Below are positions 19,963 through 20,000 of a stretch of 20,000 nucleotides of DNA, one piece after another (within the stretch, counting starts at the first letter, position 1; every line of letters begins with the position of its first letter). The stretch is taken from the NCBI GenBank assembly GCA_001661245.1, contig KV454011.1:2015087-2035086 (forward strand), read 5' to 3'. The position numbers were made by a program, and so were the translations under genes. The notes beneath the pieces were generated by a model. The model searched no databases, was not told the DNA's origin, and saw only the letters and a list, made by a program, of their open reading frames with translations. The stretch comes from Pachysolen tannophilus NRRL Y-2460 (taxonomy: Eukaryota).

Positions 19963-20000
19963 CTTTAAAACAAAAGGAAAAAAAAAAAAAAATTTTAAAA

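Overview
AT-rich genomic DNA from a budding yeast (Saccharomycotina), with poly-A/T and (TA)n-rich intergenic spacers. Nine protein genes are supported: NOP13 (+), TDA7-like single-pass Ser/Thr-rich membrane protein (-), OCA5 (-), Yippee/MOH1-like (-), S-formylglutathione hydrolase (+), GH85 cytosolic endo-beta-N-acetylglucosaminidase (-), RPN10 (-), NBL1/borealin-like (+) and MET5 sulfite reductase beta subunit (-), whose 5' end runs off the window behind a probable intron. No RNA genes, transposons or CRISPR arrays were seen. Most notable: (1) the S-formylglutathione hydrolase stop is TGA-CTA, the fungal/animal readthrough motif, followed by an in-frame extension ending in PTS1-like PHL, suggesting a cryptic peroxisomal isoform; (2) the TDA7-like frame has no in-frame ATG ahead of its ectodomain and TM helix; (3) CTG codon placement suggests CUG is not read as Leu (Ala or Ser); (4) an Atg8-interacting-like motif in the ENGase; (5) four Mcm1-type boxes in the MOH1/FGH divergent promoter. 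Gene identities come from recalled family motifs and synteny, not database searches.
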